A stretch of 62,453 bases of DNA, counting the filler, from Rhabdomonas costata (lineage: Eukaryota): the NCBI GenBank assembly GCA_019059605.1. It is 28 parts of 28 records of this genome, joined end to end, with 100 filler letters (N's around TTAATTAATTAA, not from the genome) between each part and the next. Parts side by side here need not be neighbours in the genome. Positions count along the whole stretch, not along the records: positions 51,385 to 53,524 come from JAHMHO010005395.1; positions 53,625 to 55,755 come from JAHMHO010005396.1; positions 55,856 to 57,988 come from JAHMHO010005397.1; positions 58,089 to 60,220 come from JAHMHO010005398.1; positions 60,321 to 62,453 come from JAHMHO010005399.1; 23 more parts are not named here. The stretch is one strand, 5' to 3'. Shown piece by piece: positions 52,192 through 62,453 of this stretch. Position numbers and translations under genes: made by a program. A model generated the notes under the pieces. That model saw nothing but the letters and a program-made list of their open reading frames with translations, had not been told where the DNA came from and ran no database searches. The number at the start of each line of letters is the position of its first letter. Positions within the stretch are counted from its first letter, which is position 1.

Positions 52192-52987
52192 ATGTTGCGG
52201 GTTGCCGTGACTGCGCAAGCTCCGAGGATCATCACACTTGCCCGGTCTTTTTCTTCCAATGTTGACCCGTTCGCTCACGTGATTGCCGATTTGCAGCTGA
52301 CTCCATTGGGAGTCGGTGTCTCTGTTTCGAAATATGTTGCGGCGTGCGAAAAGGTGTCTCGGTCATTTGTTTCTCTGCACTGTTTCTCTGCTTTAACTTG
52401 GCGGAACCACGAGGGTGCAGATTGCGCACTTATACATCTTGGCAGCTTTTTACAGCAGCCTCCGCGATGAAGAACACACCGCTCTGATACCCATTTGTCA
52501 GATGTTGGTGTACCCGACAGTCTGCAGCGTTCCAGTGACAGAGACCCGAACAAGAAGCGAAATAAATGACAATCCATTGAGTATGGGCAATAATTGGAAT
52601 GTAACAGGGGGAAGGTTGACAAGCAGTTCCCAGAGCACTGGACAAGAACAATTGGGCGTGCATACGTCAGATGATGACAAAGTTTGCATCAACACATGAC
52701 CCTAAGGACATTTTGAGGACCGGCACTCAATTATTTGTTGAGATTCCGATTTTTTTACCTGACGTCCGCAGGTTTTTAAAGATCGTCACCTGACCACCAC
52801 CCTGCACGGATACGGGACCAACGTGGAAGGCTCGTGGGACGAGGTAATGGCTGCGTTGAAAGAGTGCCACCGGGTGCTCCACGCCATGGGCGCTCCTAGG
52901 GTGAGCACGGCGGTCAAGTTGGGTACTCGCTCCGACCGTGTCCAGCAAGTAAAGGACAAGCTCAACAGCGTTACCTCGAAAATGTAG
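52192..52987 (+). CDS. Complete MTH1187/UPF0045 (Ecm15-like) thiamine-binding family protein, 125 aa, with probable mitochondrial presequence; exons 52192-52353, 52772-52987
   Basis: MLRVAV...ARSFSS, then HVIADLQLTPLGVGVSVSKYVAACEK|VF...LHGYGTNVEGSWDEVMAALKECH...GAPRV...KLGTRSDR...stop. Confidence 0.92.
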
Positions 52988-53624
52988 TTTGGGAAGGGAG
53001 GATTCTCGCCGCGAGTTTCGTGAGAGCGGTGCACCGCTCATGTTCCTTCACCGTGTATTTCCCGATGCGCCACCTTCTTCATTTGTTCAGACTCAGCAAG
53101 GATTGTTTGAATTTCTGGCTGGTTGAGAAGATGGTGTCAAGTAAGTGTCCGACCAGCTTGTTTGCCAAAAAGACTTGTTTGTGAGGCTAATTGTTTTCAT
53201 GTCAGAGCTGAGTTTGTGTGTTTAGGGCTTCTTATTCGCATTAAACGTGGGAAAGAACAACATGGCCAATAACCTAAATACGAACTTAAACATTTATAAA
53301 ATGTGGTGAGCTTAGTTATAACGCAATGGGCAGCTTTGTTAGTTTTGTCAAACGGCCGCTTCAGTCCCTTCAGTCCCAACGGTCAATCATCATTTTTTTC
53401 TTCTGATTTTCTACCTTACCCACTATCCATTGCTCTGCTCCACGCCTTAATTCGTTCATTGCTGAGCAATCATTTGAGGTGGTATTCCCACAACGTACAC
53501 CCCAAACCAACCACACCCAACACCNNNNNNNNNNNNNNNNNNNNNNNNNNNNNNNNNNNNNNNNNNNNTTAATTAATTAANNNNNNNNNNNNNNNNNNNN
53601 NNNNNNNNNNNNNNNNNNNNNNNN

Positions 53625-55423
53625 GTGTGGGGTGCAGCCGCTGCAGGCACCGCAGCCGGCGGGTCTCCAGCACAGCCGCGCCGCGGCCGCCGAACTCGTG
53701 GTCGAGCTTCAAGACCCACTGCGCCACTCCGGGGTATGCCACAACGTGGTGCGCCAGCGCGGACAGGGCGTCCTCCTCGGAGCGCAGGTCGTGTGCTCCT
53801 AGGGGGGTCTCAATCTGGAAAGGTGTGTGCATCCATTTGTGTGAGTGTTTCAAAATCAATTGAGATCTCTCTGTGTGTGTGGGACAGAGTGAGATTAATC
53901 TCCCAAACCACCCACCCTGCCACAAAGCACACCAAGGGTTTCCAGTCGGTTGGCCGCATTGAGCGGACTGAGTATTTTTCTTTGACACAATCCAAACAAA
54001 GCCCCGAAGCTTACCATCTAAACAGACACACACACACATTGAGCTGAAGGGTGAGTGTGAAGGGTAAACACTGGTACGATGCATTGTTTTTTTTAGTGGT
54101 GTTAAACGGTTAGAATAGCATATTACAAATACAAACATACACAGAAGGCCACAAGACTGGTGTGAGGGATGACTCCAAGAAGGCGCAGTGCGAGATAAAG
54201 ACGCGCACGGGCTGTCTGCATTGATCCACGGTACGGTGTGTGCATCACGAAAACACACACACACACACACGTTGCTGTGCGCGGAAGTAAGTTCCCACAA
54301 AAAACGTCAGGCCAGGCTCTGAACTTGACGGCCGTGTCTTCGTAGCCATCAATCTCTCTCCAGAGTGCATTAAATTTCGCCTTTCCCCCTTCTCTTCCTC
54401 AGAACCTTGGCCGCCAGAAAGATTCGCTTGGCCCCGGACTTCGTGGCGAAGGCCGGAGCAGTGGTGGGGTCGGGCCCTAGCACAGGCAATCCCAGGTGCA
54501 GCGCCAGAAGACGGTCTTCGGGGCCCACAAGCCCTGCCAATCAAAACCCAGCAGTGCCCGAACACGCTATAACGTCAGCAGCGCAGCATCTACATATACA
54601 CAAGCCAAAAAACAGGCTATTGCCATTGCCACACTCCAGCTGCATCTCGGCTGTTGGTAGTTGGGGAGAATTCCCTCAACAACAGCGGCGGGTGAGCCGC
54701 AAACTCGACCTGGCTGAACCTGCACCTCGACCTGGTTGGCTCCCTTCACATGCATACCAAGTATTCGTACACACGAGCGGAAGATGAGAGGCTTCACACC
54801 CCATTTGACGCAAGCCGCGAAAACCGCAAAAAATGTCTACCGTCGCTCCATCCCACATCATACCCTCTACAAAGGTAGCATTCTGATATCTAAGTGCGTG
54901 TGCGTGTGATTTGGACGCGTAGCGCGCTGGCGTTTGCGTGACTGGCCGTTGGTGACCGCTGTTAACTGATGGGCGCGCGCGCATTTTTGGCCACAAGTTG
55001 CTCGTGAGAGGCACCTTCGCAGGGTGGGGACCAGCTCACCGCAGTGCGTTCCACATGTGATAACCACCTTCTGCCCCACGGGTCCCGGGTCTTTGCCGAG
55101 CAACAACCTATTTCCTCTACCCCCTGCATCTCCTCTGCCTTAGGGGTTGCCCAGATGGAGGGACTCAGGTCACGTCTCCGCAGACACAGGTGGACCACTG
55201 ATCTCACAAATTTTCGTGGCGCGTGGGGTGGAGGGCACGTGCGCGCACCTGGAACGATGTAGGCGGGGTTGCCGCGGGCCCTGACCTCCTTGGCGACACG
55301 GCGGAGCATCCGTGGGCTCCACAGCGCGGCCTTGGTGAGGCTAAGCGGCGCCGCGAAGACCCCACTGTGGTTCTCGGGGTGTACCACGACCAGCCGCCGC
55401 TCCACCTCCGGCACCCCACACGA
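53625..55423 (-). CDS. IQCH: IQCH-like protein (ATP-grasp-like region), partial; exons 55249-55423, 54406-54533, 53625-53814
   Basis: WSPRMLRRV...AYIVP|G...D..LA..LGLPVLGPDP...TKSGAKRIF...|...P.GAHD...WVLKLDHEFGGRGAA, collinear with IQCH. Confidence 0.85.
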
Positions 55424-55940
55424 CTGCGAGGTGAGGTGTGCGTGTGCGGAGGGAGTTGGGGGACTCAACCACGAACCCATCCTTCGTGCCTACAACCCAT
55501 CCCTTCCTATACCCCGTTCTCACCCAGAGCACCCATCTTTCAATCCCCATCGCCCCTCACTACCCACCATGGCACGCACTGGTTGCACTTATTGCCAACG
55601 GGGCTGCAACCCCTCCAACATTTATGTGGCCCGAACAGTAGAAGACCAAATATCAGCAGAGGTATAATTTAAAGCCTCAGAGGCCAATGCATCTGATCGC
55701 AACCGAGAGCGCCCCCCCTCACAGAAGTGCTCCCTCCACTTCCATTGCCGCCCTGNNNNNNNNNNNNNNNNNNNNNNNNNNNNNNNNNNNNNNNNNNNNT
55801 TAATTAATTAANNNNNNNNNNNNNNNNNNNNNNNNNNNNNNNNNNNNNNNNNNNNGGTGTGGTATTCATAATCAAACAGTATTAATCTCTGTCCCTCCAC
55901 TTCTCCCATCTGATGTGAGCAATTGGCGTGTGTGCAACAG

Positions 55941-57559
55941 CCCGCGAGTGTGGACGAGGTTGCGAAGCAGGGCGACGTCACCAAGCTCCTGGGGGTGCTG
56001 AACGAAGCTGTCACCCCAGCCGTGGTGGTGCACGGAGCGCTTCGCGTTCTGCACTGCGTGGCCCACTCTCCACACGTGCTGGAGGGCCTGGCAGGGACCG
56101 AGACACTGACCATTCTCTGCGCGGTGTGTTTGTTTGTGTGTCGGTGAGAAGTGGTGAAGTGGAAATGGGGAAATTGAAATTGGATGAGACACACAAAGTC
56201 CTTTGCGGTGGTATGCTCAAATTCTCTTCTCTCGAATGAATAGCTTTCCTTTGCATCAACACCTAAGCGAGGCGAGGGTCTTCGCTCACCATTCGCTCCG
56301 CGAATCCTCTTTATTTCATTCGAGACTGTGAGAAGTTTTCGTGCTGTTGTGGTGTCCAAAAGTAAAGTCTTCAAAAAGAAAACCGCCGCCGCCCCACAGG
56401 TGATTCAACGCTTCCCCGCGGAGTGCCCTGTGGTGGCGGAGTGCATTCTGAAGATGCTTTCCAACAATACCTCGCGTGCCGGCTTGGTCTGTGTGTGTGA
56501 AGCCCTTTCTGCCGCTCCAACAGCAATCGGGGCAAGCACAGTTGGGGGAGCCCTTCTGACGGGTGTTAGACCGGCGTTATACGTCTAACAGCGCTGGACG
56601 TATTGTGTTAGACGTGGTGGTGGCAATGCGCTTGCCCCACTGAGATTCCAACACAAACGTTGCAGGTTTTAGGGGGCGATATGCCCGTCCTTGATACGCC
56701 AAAAGCGTAGAATTTGTAGGGGGGTTAGGAAGGCGAATTACAATACTTGCAATACAATACTTACAATACAATACTTGTAGGAGGTTTGGTGGCGATGCTC
56801 GTGCGGGGCTTGTGAGGGGGGCGGAGCCCCCGACCAACATACATGGGGATAGCGGGCGTTAGACTGGTGTAGGACCTCGTACGGTGTTGGATGTTCTAAC
56901 ACAGCCATCCCCCCCCCCCCGCACCTGAGCATGACTCCAGTAATGCAGGCATGCTTTTGCGTGAAGGTTACTTATCCAAATGGTGGGTGTTTATCAGAGG
57001 GGCATACCCGCGAAACGGTGATTGGGTATATTGTGGTCGTGTGATGAGAGTATTGCAGCCAGGACTCGTATCCTGTATCTGGGAGCCTCTGGCACCTCCA
57101 GTGCTCGACGCTCGAGTGTGTTGTGAGTGGGACGTGGGGCTGCCTGAGTGATCGTTGTGTTTTTTCATGAACTCTTGGTTGCGCAGATACAGTCAGCTGT
57201 GAAGGTGGACCTCGTGGGGACCTTCCTGAAGCTTCTCGAGCGTATGCAAGTTTACCTGTAGCTGCCTTTGATGGCATTCAGACTGGTTTGAAGGATGAAA
57301 TGCGCAGAAAGGTTTGAAAGCGTAGAAGCGCGACGGTCTTTCTTGGATGCGACGCCTGTGAATGGCCGAGTGTGGCACGGCTGATCGTCCCTAGACTGGT
57401 CCGTTGACCGTAGAGCGGCAAGTATTTGGTGTCCTGGGCACTCGGTTTGGCTTTGGTGTTCGATGGACGTTTAGTGCGTGTTTGGCCGCAGGTCCGGACC
57501 TGCTGCAAGGCTGCGGGAATGTCGATGTGGCCCGGGCTTTCTTGGTGAATTGTGTGAAG
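55941..57559 (+). CDS. DNAJC13: RME-8/DNAJC13 C-terminal region; exons 55941-56123, 56400-56486, 57187-57241, 57492-57559
   Basis: ALRVLHCVA...|IQSAVKVDLVGTFLKLLE|RPDLL...VARAFLVNCVK parallels the DNAJC13 AIRVIH...QALKADLVPYLLKLLE...KAQIVKALK region; GT-AG introns with consistent phase. Confidence 0.75.
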
Positions 57560-58088
57560 GTGATTTCTGGGGACCCGGTGTTTGGGTTCCAGGTTGCCGC
57601 GCAGCTGTCCAACTCCCGCGCTTGGGTATTGCCCGCACTGTCACTTTGAACTTTCCTTATGGTTTTATGCATCTTTGTTGTCAAGGTGTGTTGCGTGAAC
57701 CCTTCGAAGAGATTCCGGCGAGTTTTTCTTCCTCCCATTCTTTTACTGGCAACTGACTTGACAACTGACTGAATCAGTGGTGTGGCCACAGTTCCCCGAG
57801 GTTGGCTGAGGTGTCTCCAGGTGGGTCTTCTCACCCTTTCCCGTCTTTACCTGGGCTGCCCCCTTCAAACACACACACACACCACCAAAATCCCCCCGAG
57901 GAAAGAAGACGGAACGCAGCCCCTGCAGAAAAAAAATAAAGAGGAAAGCAGAAAGACGATAATTGTCGAGTGGAGAAGACCCCCCACANNNNNNNNNNNN
58001 NNNNNNNNNNNNNNNNNNNNNNNNNNNNNNNNTTAATTAATTAANNNNNNNNNNNNNNNNNNNNNNNNNNNNNNNNNNNNNNNNNNNN

Positions 58089-60220
58089 GGTTGTGTGGGA
58101 TCTGTTCTTCACGAAAGCAACGAAAGTCCGCGATCTCGATGGGTTTTCCATTACCATTGACCAGGGGCCAGCTGATAATAGAAAACCCATCGAGATCGCG
58201 GACTTTCGTTGCTTTCGTGAAGAACAGATCCCACTCAAGCCCTTTCAGTGGCAGCTGCCCAACCGCAGCCTGCAGGCTAAACCCAATCGGGCGGTGAAAA
58301 ACCTCCCAAAGCTCCTCGTCAGCTACCTCCTTCCATGCTTCGCCGCTGCCTTTCCTTCCATCCGGACCCCTCTCCCTTTTCAAGGGCAGCAGGCTGTGCG
58401 CGAACTTCTTCAGGTCTTCTGGTAACGCAGGCGAGGCATGAGACAGCGGAAACAGCACCAGTTTCCATGGCAACCTGTGCGCATCGTCCTCATGCTTGGC
58501 CAGAATGCATTGATCACCTCCGGCTTCCCTCCCTGCAAGTGCGCATGCCGGAGCGACATCGTTGGCCATCCAGCAATACTTAAGGAGCAACAAGAGGCTC
58601 ATGGGGCCGAACACCCAACCAAGCTTCGGGGGAGCTGCGCCGCGGCTGTCTGATGGCGCCACCTGAGGGCCCAACGTGGCAGCCTCGTAGAACACATTGT
58701 CTTCGGAGTGAAGGGGGCGGAGAAGGGACCAGCATGCCGAACCGCACCATTGCATAACTTGCGAGCAGTCCCGGGGCCCAAGTAAAACTTTCGGCTCCAT
58801 TGTGCTGTCGGTGCTAGTTGGCTTGCTAGAGAGAATCTCGAGCGTGGCCTTCTTAACTTTGTCACCGAGTTTTCGAATGTTTTCGCTTTCTGGGAAAATT
58901 GCCTTAATAGGAGTGAAAAACCACCGCGTCCTTTTGTCATCATCGACATTGTAAGGAAGGTCGGGGCCAACCGGAATTCCTTCAGGAATATCAACGGCCT
59001 TCCACTTGCGCAGGAGCGCGATGTGTGCTTTGCATCGGCACTCGAAAGAGCTGAAGCGGTTTCGGTACTGCTCATAGAGCTGATGAGAAACAAAGCTCTT
59101 CATGGCAAAGGAGTCTGGGGTATGGAATTGCAGCTCGAAAGTAAAATGCCTGTCATCGGGAAGCTTGACAGCAACGAAGCCATTGACCCCCATGTATATT
59201 GCATCTTGAGCCCAATAGCTGTATAGCTTCGGATTTGGCACGTCGCCCTCCTCCCCATTGAACAATTCAAGACCCGTATTCTCGTCTTTAAGAGCCCGAC
59301 TGAAGTTCTCTGCGAAGCTGCTGGCAAACGCCTTATAAGTTTTGAAGGGAACCACAATCGTGTACCGAAGTACATCGTCAACCTCGTGTGTAACCTGATC
59401 TATATGGGGCACATAGGTAGCGATGTTGTTGTGTAGGTTCAACAGCTGCTGAAGCCTTCGGAATAACTTGTCAGACAACGAGTCCCTTGTTTTCAGCCTG
59501 CTCTTGAGACCTTCCAAGCGACCACCCCAACTCGCAGCAACTCGGGAGAGGACCGGGGTTACAATCGCTTCCACTTGAGAGGCAGTCTCAAGCATGCGGC
59601 TCACAACGTCCTTTCCGAGTTCGCTCGCAACCTTCGCCGCTGCGGCTGCATTCGAGTCAAACCATTTCACGCCAGCTCGCTCCTTAAGCAGACCCTGGTG
59701 CTGCAGCACTGCTGTAGCAGCCTGCTGGTGGTTGTACAAACAACTGAAGACGCGGCGGAGTGTGGGGTAGTGTCCTTGTGCGAACCACTCTGGCTCAGCC
59801 CTGGCCGACAGAACCTCCTGAATGAACCACCCAAAGGACCACGTGAGGCCCCAACGAAAAACTACTAGCGCGTCAGGCTCCACCAAGGTGGCGAGGAGCT
59901 CGCGAACGAGCACCAGGCAGGAAAGAGCCTTGAGATCCCTCTCATCAGCCGCCTGAGGATTCGAAAGTATCCCTCGGTCGAGCTCTATCTTTTCGTCGAA
60001 AGCCTTCACAATGTCTTTCACTGTGAGCGCTGAAGTAGGGTCTTCGGTTGCTGTGTAGTTGTTTTCGGGGTTCTTCTTTCCAGGCACCAGCTGTCTTTTT
60101 TGACTGAAGGCCTTGGGACCTTTCCTTGCCGGGGAGAAGACACTGAACGCAGAATGCCACAAGAGGGTAATCCCGACCACGGTGCCCGAAAGTTTGATGC
60201 TCTTCATTGACCCACCAACA
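58089..60220 (-). CDS. Intronless ORF of over 700 codons, 3'-partial, with a RelA/SpoT-like nucleotide pyrophosphokinase domain (Tas1/Apk2/XopAD type) at approx. 58975-59600
   Basis: ASQVEAIVTPVL...GGRLEGLKSRLKTRDSLSDKL...DDVLRYT...YW...YMGVN...FELQFHTPDSFAMK...SHQLYEQYR...VDIPEG. Confidence 0.85.
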
Positions 60221-62015
60221 NNNNNNNNNNNNNNNNNNNNNNNNNNNNNNNNNNNNNNNNNNNNTTAATTAATTAANNNNNNNNNNNNNNNNNNNNNNNN
60301 NNNNNNNNNNNNNNNNNNNNACAAAAAGGCACGACGCAGGGGTAAAAGAGGCGAGAGCACTCCGGAGGCAACTTAGGAGTTGGCCCGGAAAGTGGGGGAG
60401 AAAAGCATGTGCACAGATGGGGGGGGGATGAGCAATAATGCGCACGTATTGGGAGAAGAAAGCAAGAAAAGATTCAGTACGGTGGTGTGGCTGGGTGAAT
60501 ATGGGAACAAGCCCACATTTCGGCAGTGCAAAAAACTTCTGAAAGGTTCTGATCCTAACCTAACTGATCCTAACTAGCAAAAAGGCAAACGTAAAACTTC
60601 CCAAAAAAAAATCGCGAACCGGAATCTTGTCATACCCAACTTTCAGGTGCAGTCTACCAAGAGCTTTTGGGGTCCATCTCTGACGCGCTCCGTTTTGATC
60701 GAAGCTCGGCTGGGTGAGGGGTGGTTGGTATTAACAAATTCCTTGTGGCTGCTGTAGTTAACCCTCGGCTGTGGTGGTAAAAGAAGCGACGCAAAAAGGG
60801 ATGTGAAAGCCTGCTTCAATTACCCGTCAAGATGCGGGTTCACATAAGCGTCAGCGCACAGTTGCAAGGCCCGACGACCACTGCGATTCCGCACTCTATC
60901 ACTGCTATCACCGCTATCACACCCCGATTTCCCACCCCACCCCTTTGCCTTTACCTCGCCGGCACAAGCTGCCCTCACTGCCTGATTCCCACTCACTCCC
61001 AAAAGACGTTCCCTTTGTCCAGCAGACTCTTCTCAGCACAACAAAGAAGTCGCTACAAACACCTCGCATTTCAACAGTGGCTCCTGACGTTCGTGCGAAC
61101 AGAAAAGCACCGGTTTGGCGCACACGTACAAAAAGGGTACAAAATGCTACCTCACCGAGGGGCGGGGACGCCAAACCTCGGGTCAAGGCAAATGACATTA
61201 GAATGACCCCCCTTGAAAACAGGGGGACCAAATCCGGCCCACAAATCGCCCTCCCGGAATGCACATGGGGGGCACTCGTGAGAACGGGCTTGACTGGGAA
61301 CGTGGATAAACCACCCATGCCAAGATGCGATTGGAAAATAGGAAAAGTATCAGAAATATCCAACACGAAAAATATTAATGGTACAATGACAAATGGGTAT
61401 ACGACACTGAAGAGCGTGCAACTCGACCCTTCCGTGCCAGTGAGAACGAGATGGAGTTGATACTCAACGGCCTCCCTCCTTTAGAGAGATTATCCCCTCA
61501 CTGCTGACCGTCACGGGCTGGCCCAAAAGGATCTGGTCGCAGATCTCTCCACGGGCCCGACCCGTGACTGAGGCCTCACAGTGAGAGAGGTAGTAGTCCC
61601 CAAAGTGGTGGTCGCTGTTTCCGATATGTACTAGCAGCCTGGGGGACCCAGCATCAACTCAACAGAGGAGCAAAGAAAACGACAGGCAAAAAAGGAGTCT
61701 CGTTGGCAACAGAGCGTGTGCACGGGGGCAAGAAAGACGGAAGGAAGGTTGGAATAAATCAATGGTGGATTGGCGCCAGCGGCAAAGTAATCAGAGCTTT
61801 TGACAGCGTGGGTTTGACGAAGGTGGGTCACAGGACGTGTACAAAATCGTATATCAGGTTGATGTCATTCATAAAAAGAACAGCTTGTTACAGCTTTGAA
61901 TTGCACAACAAACAAAAGGGGAAGAAAAAACGTTGCACAGCAGAATTATGCTCACTCATCATGTATTCTTGCTGACAGGCAATCCTATAGACAAACCCAC
62001 CATAAACAAGCACAC

Positions 62016-62221
62016 CACTGATGAACTGCGGACAGCACCGTGCCGTCGACCACAAGCGTGTTCTCGCTAAACTTCGCCTGAAGCTGCAGGCAGAGCGTGG
62101 TAAAGCTGCGGTGGACAGCACGGTGAGTCTGGAAGTGGGGGTACCCGATGCGCTGCATCACCACCTCCTCAGCGAGAAAGTGGTACAGCACGTACTCCAA
62201 CAGCCGCTTCAGGGCCTGCGC
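62016..62221 (-). CDS. Hemerythrin domain exon
   Basis: Y...HFLAEEVVMQRIGYPHFQTHRAVHRSF...W fits the HFxxEExxMxxxxYPxxxxHxxxH motif; AG/GT bounded. Confidence 0.88.
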
Positions 62222-62453
62222 CTTTTGAAATTTTTTTTTAAAAGAAACTCGATAAAAATTCTTATTTCACTGCAAGTTAAGGCAGAAGGCAAACAGGAAG
62301 GCAACACAAGAGGGAAAACTGCACTTGCAATCCCGATTGCGTTTGGTTTTCAGCGCTGGGTGAATCTCAATTCTGGTTTACCACCAATAGGATCCGCTCC
62401 GCCGGCAGCGACCATGAAGCGGGAGAAATTCCAAGCCGCGCTGTAGGCAAAAA

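Noticed and set aside
58095..58234. Perfect 54-bp inverted repeat (58095-58148 / 58181-58234)
   Set aside because: It sits at the very contig end inside coding sequence next to a G/T tail, typical of a fold-back or template-switch artefact; the last approx. 20 codons of the ORF are unreliable.
2137..60320. Regularly spaced TTAATTAATTAA repeat resembling an array; any operon- or cluster-like reading of neighbouring genes
   Set aside because: It is an artificial linker between length-sorted contigs, so synteny across spacers is meaningless.
156..62446. Most of the short ORFs in the six-frame track
   Set aside because: They are antisense or off-frame shadows of GC-rich exons, or run through introns and N spacers.
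1..62453. Alternative genetic code, CRISPR array, rRNA or spliced-leader RNA gene
   Set aside because: All conserved exons translate with the standard code without internal stops, and I found no such motifs by eye.

Overview
The window is not one locus. It is 28 unrelated contigs of about 2.13 kb joined by 27 artificial 100-bp spacers (44 N + TTAATTAATTAA + 44 N), so adjacency across a spacer means nothing. Many contigs start with G/T-only and end with C/A-only sequence, which looks like whole-genome-amplification primer residue, so chimeras are possible. The DNA is from an intron-rich eukaryote. The eEF2 sequence ([11 protein letters not shown]..., [13 protein letters not shown]) and a kinetoplastid-type class I nuclease point to a euglenozoan, probably a euglenid or diplonemid (inference). 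Splicing by hand gives fragments of eEF2, phosphomannomutase, major vault protein (25- and 33-nt micro-exons), an aldo-keto reductase, a kinesin, an S1/P1 nuclease, a GT10 fucosyltransferase-like protein, DUF599, an alpha-kinase, IQCH, RME-8/DNAJC13, a USP deubiquitinase, a hemerythrin domain and a Cache-HAMP receptor. It also gives one complete MTH1187/thiamine-binding-family gene and two non-LTR retrotransposon relics. Main leads: (1) an intronless ORF of over 700 codons with an apparently intact RelA/SpoT-like domain of the Tas1/Apk2/XopAD (p)ppApp-synthetase toxin type; (2) relaxed splice donors, with a GA-AG intron in eEF2 and several GC-AG introns; (3) a GT10 protein with a rewritten catalytic motif; (4) an orphan methyltransferase-like ORF near a perfect 42-bp palindrome. 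All family assignments come from recognising motifs by eye; no searches were run.
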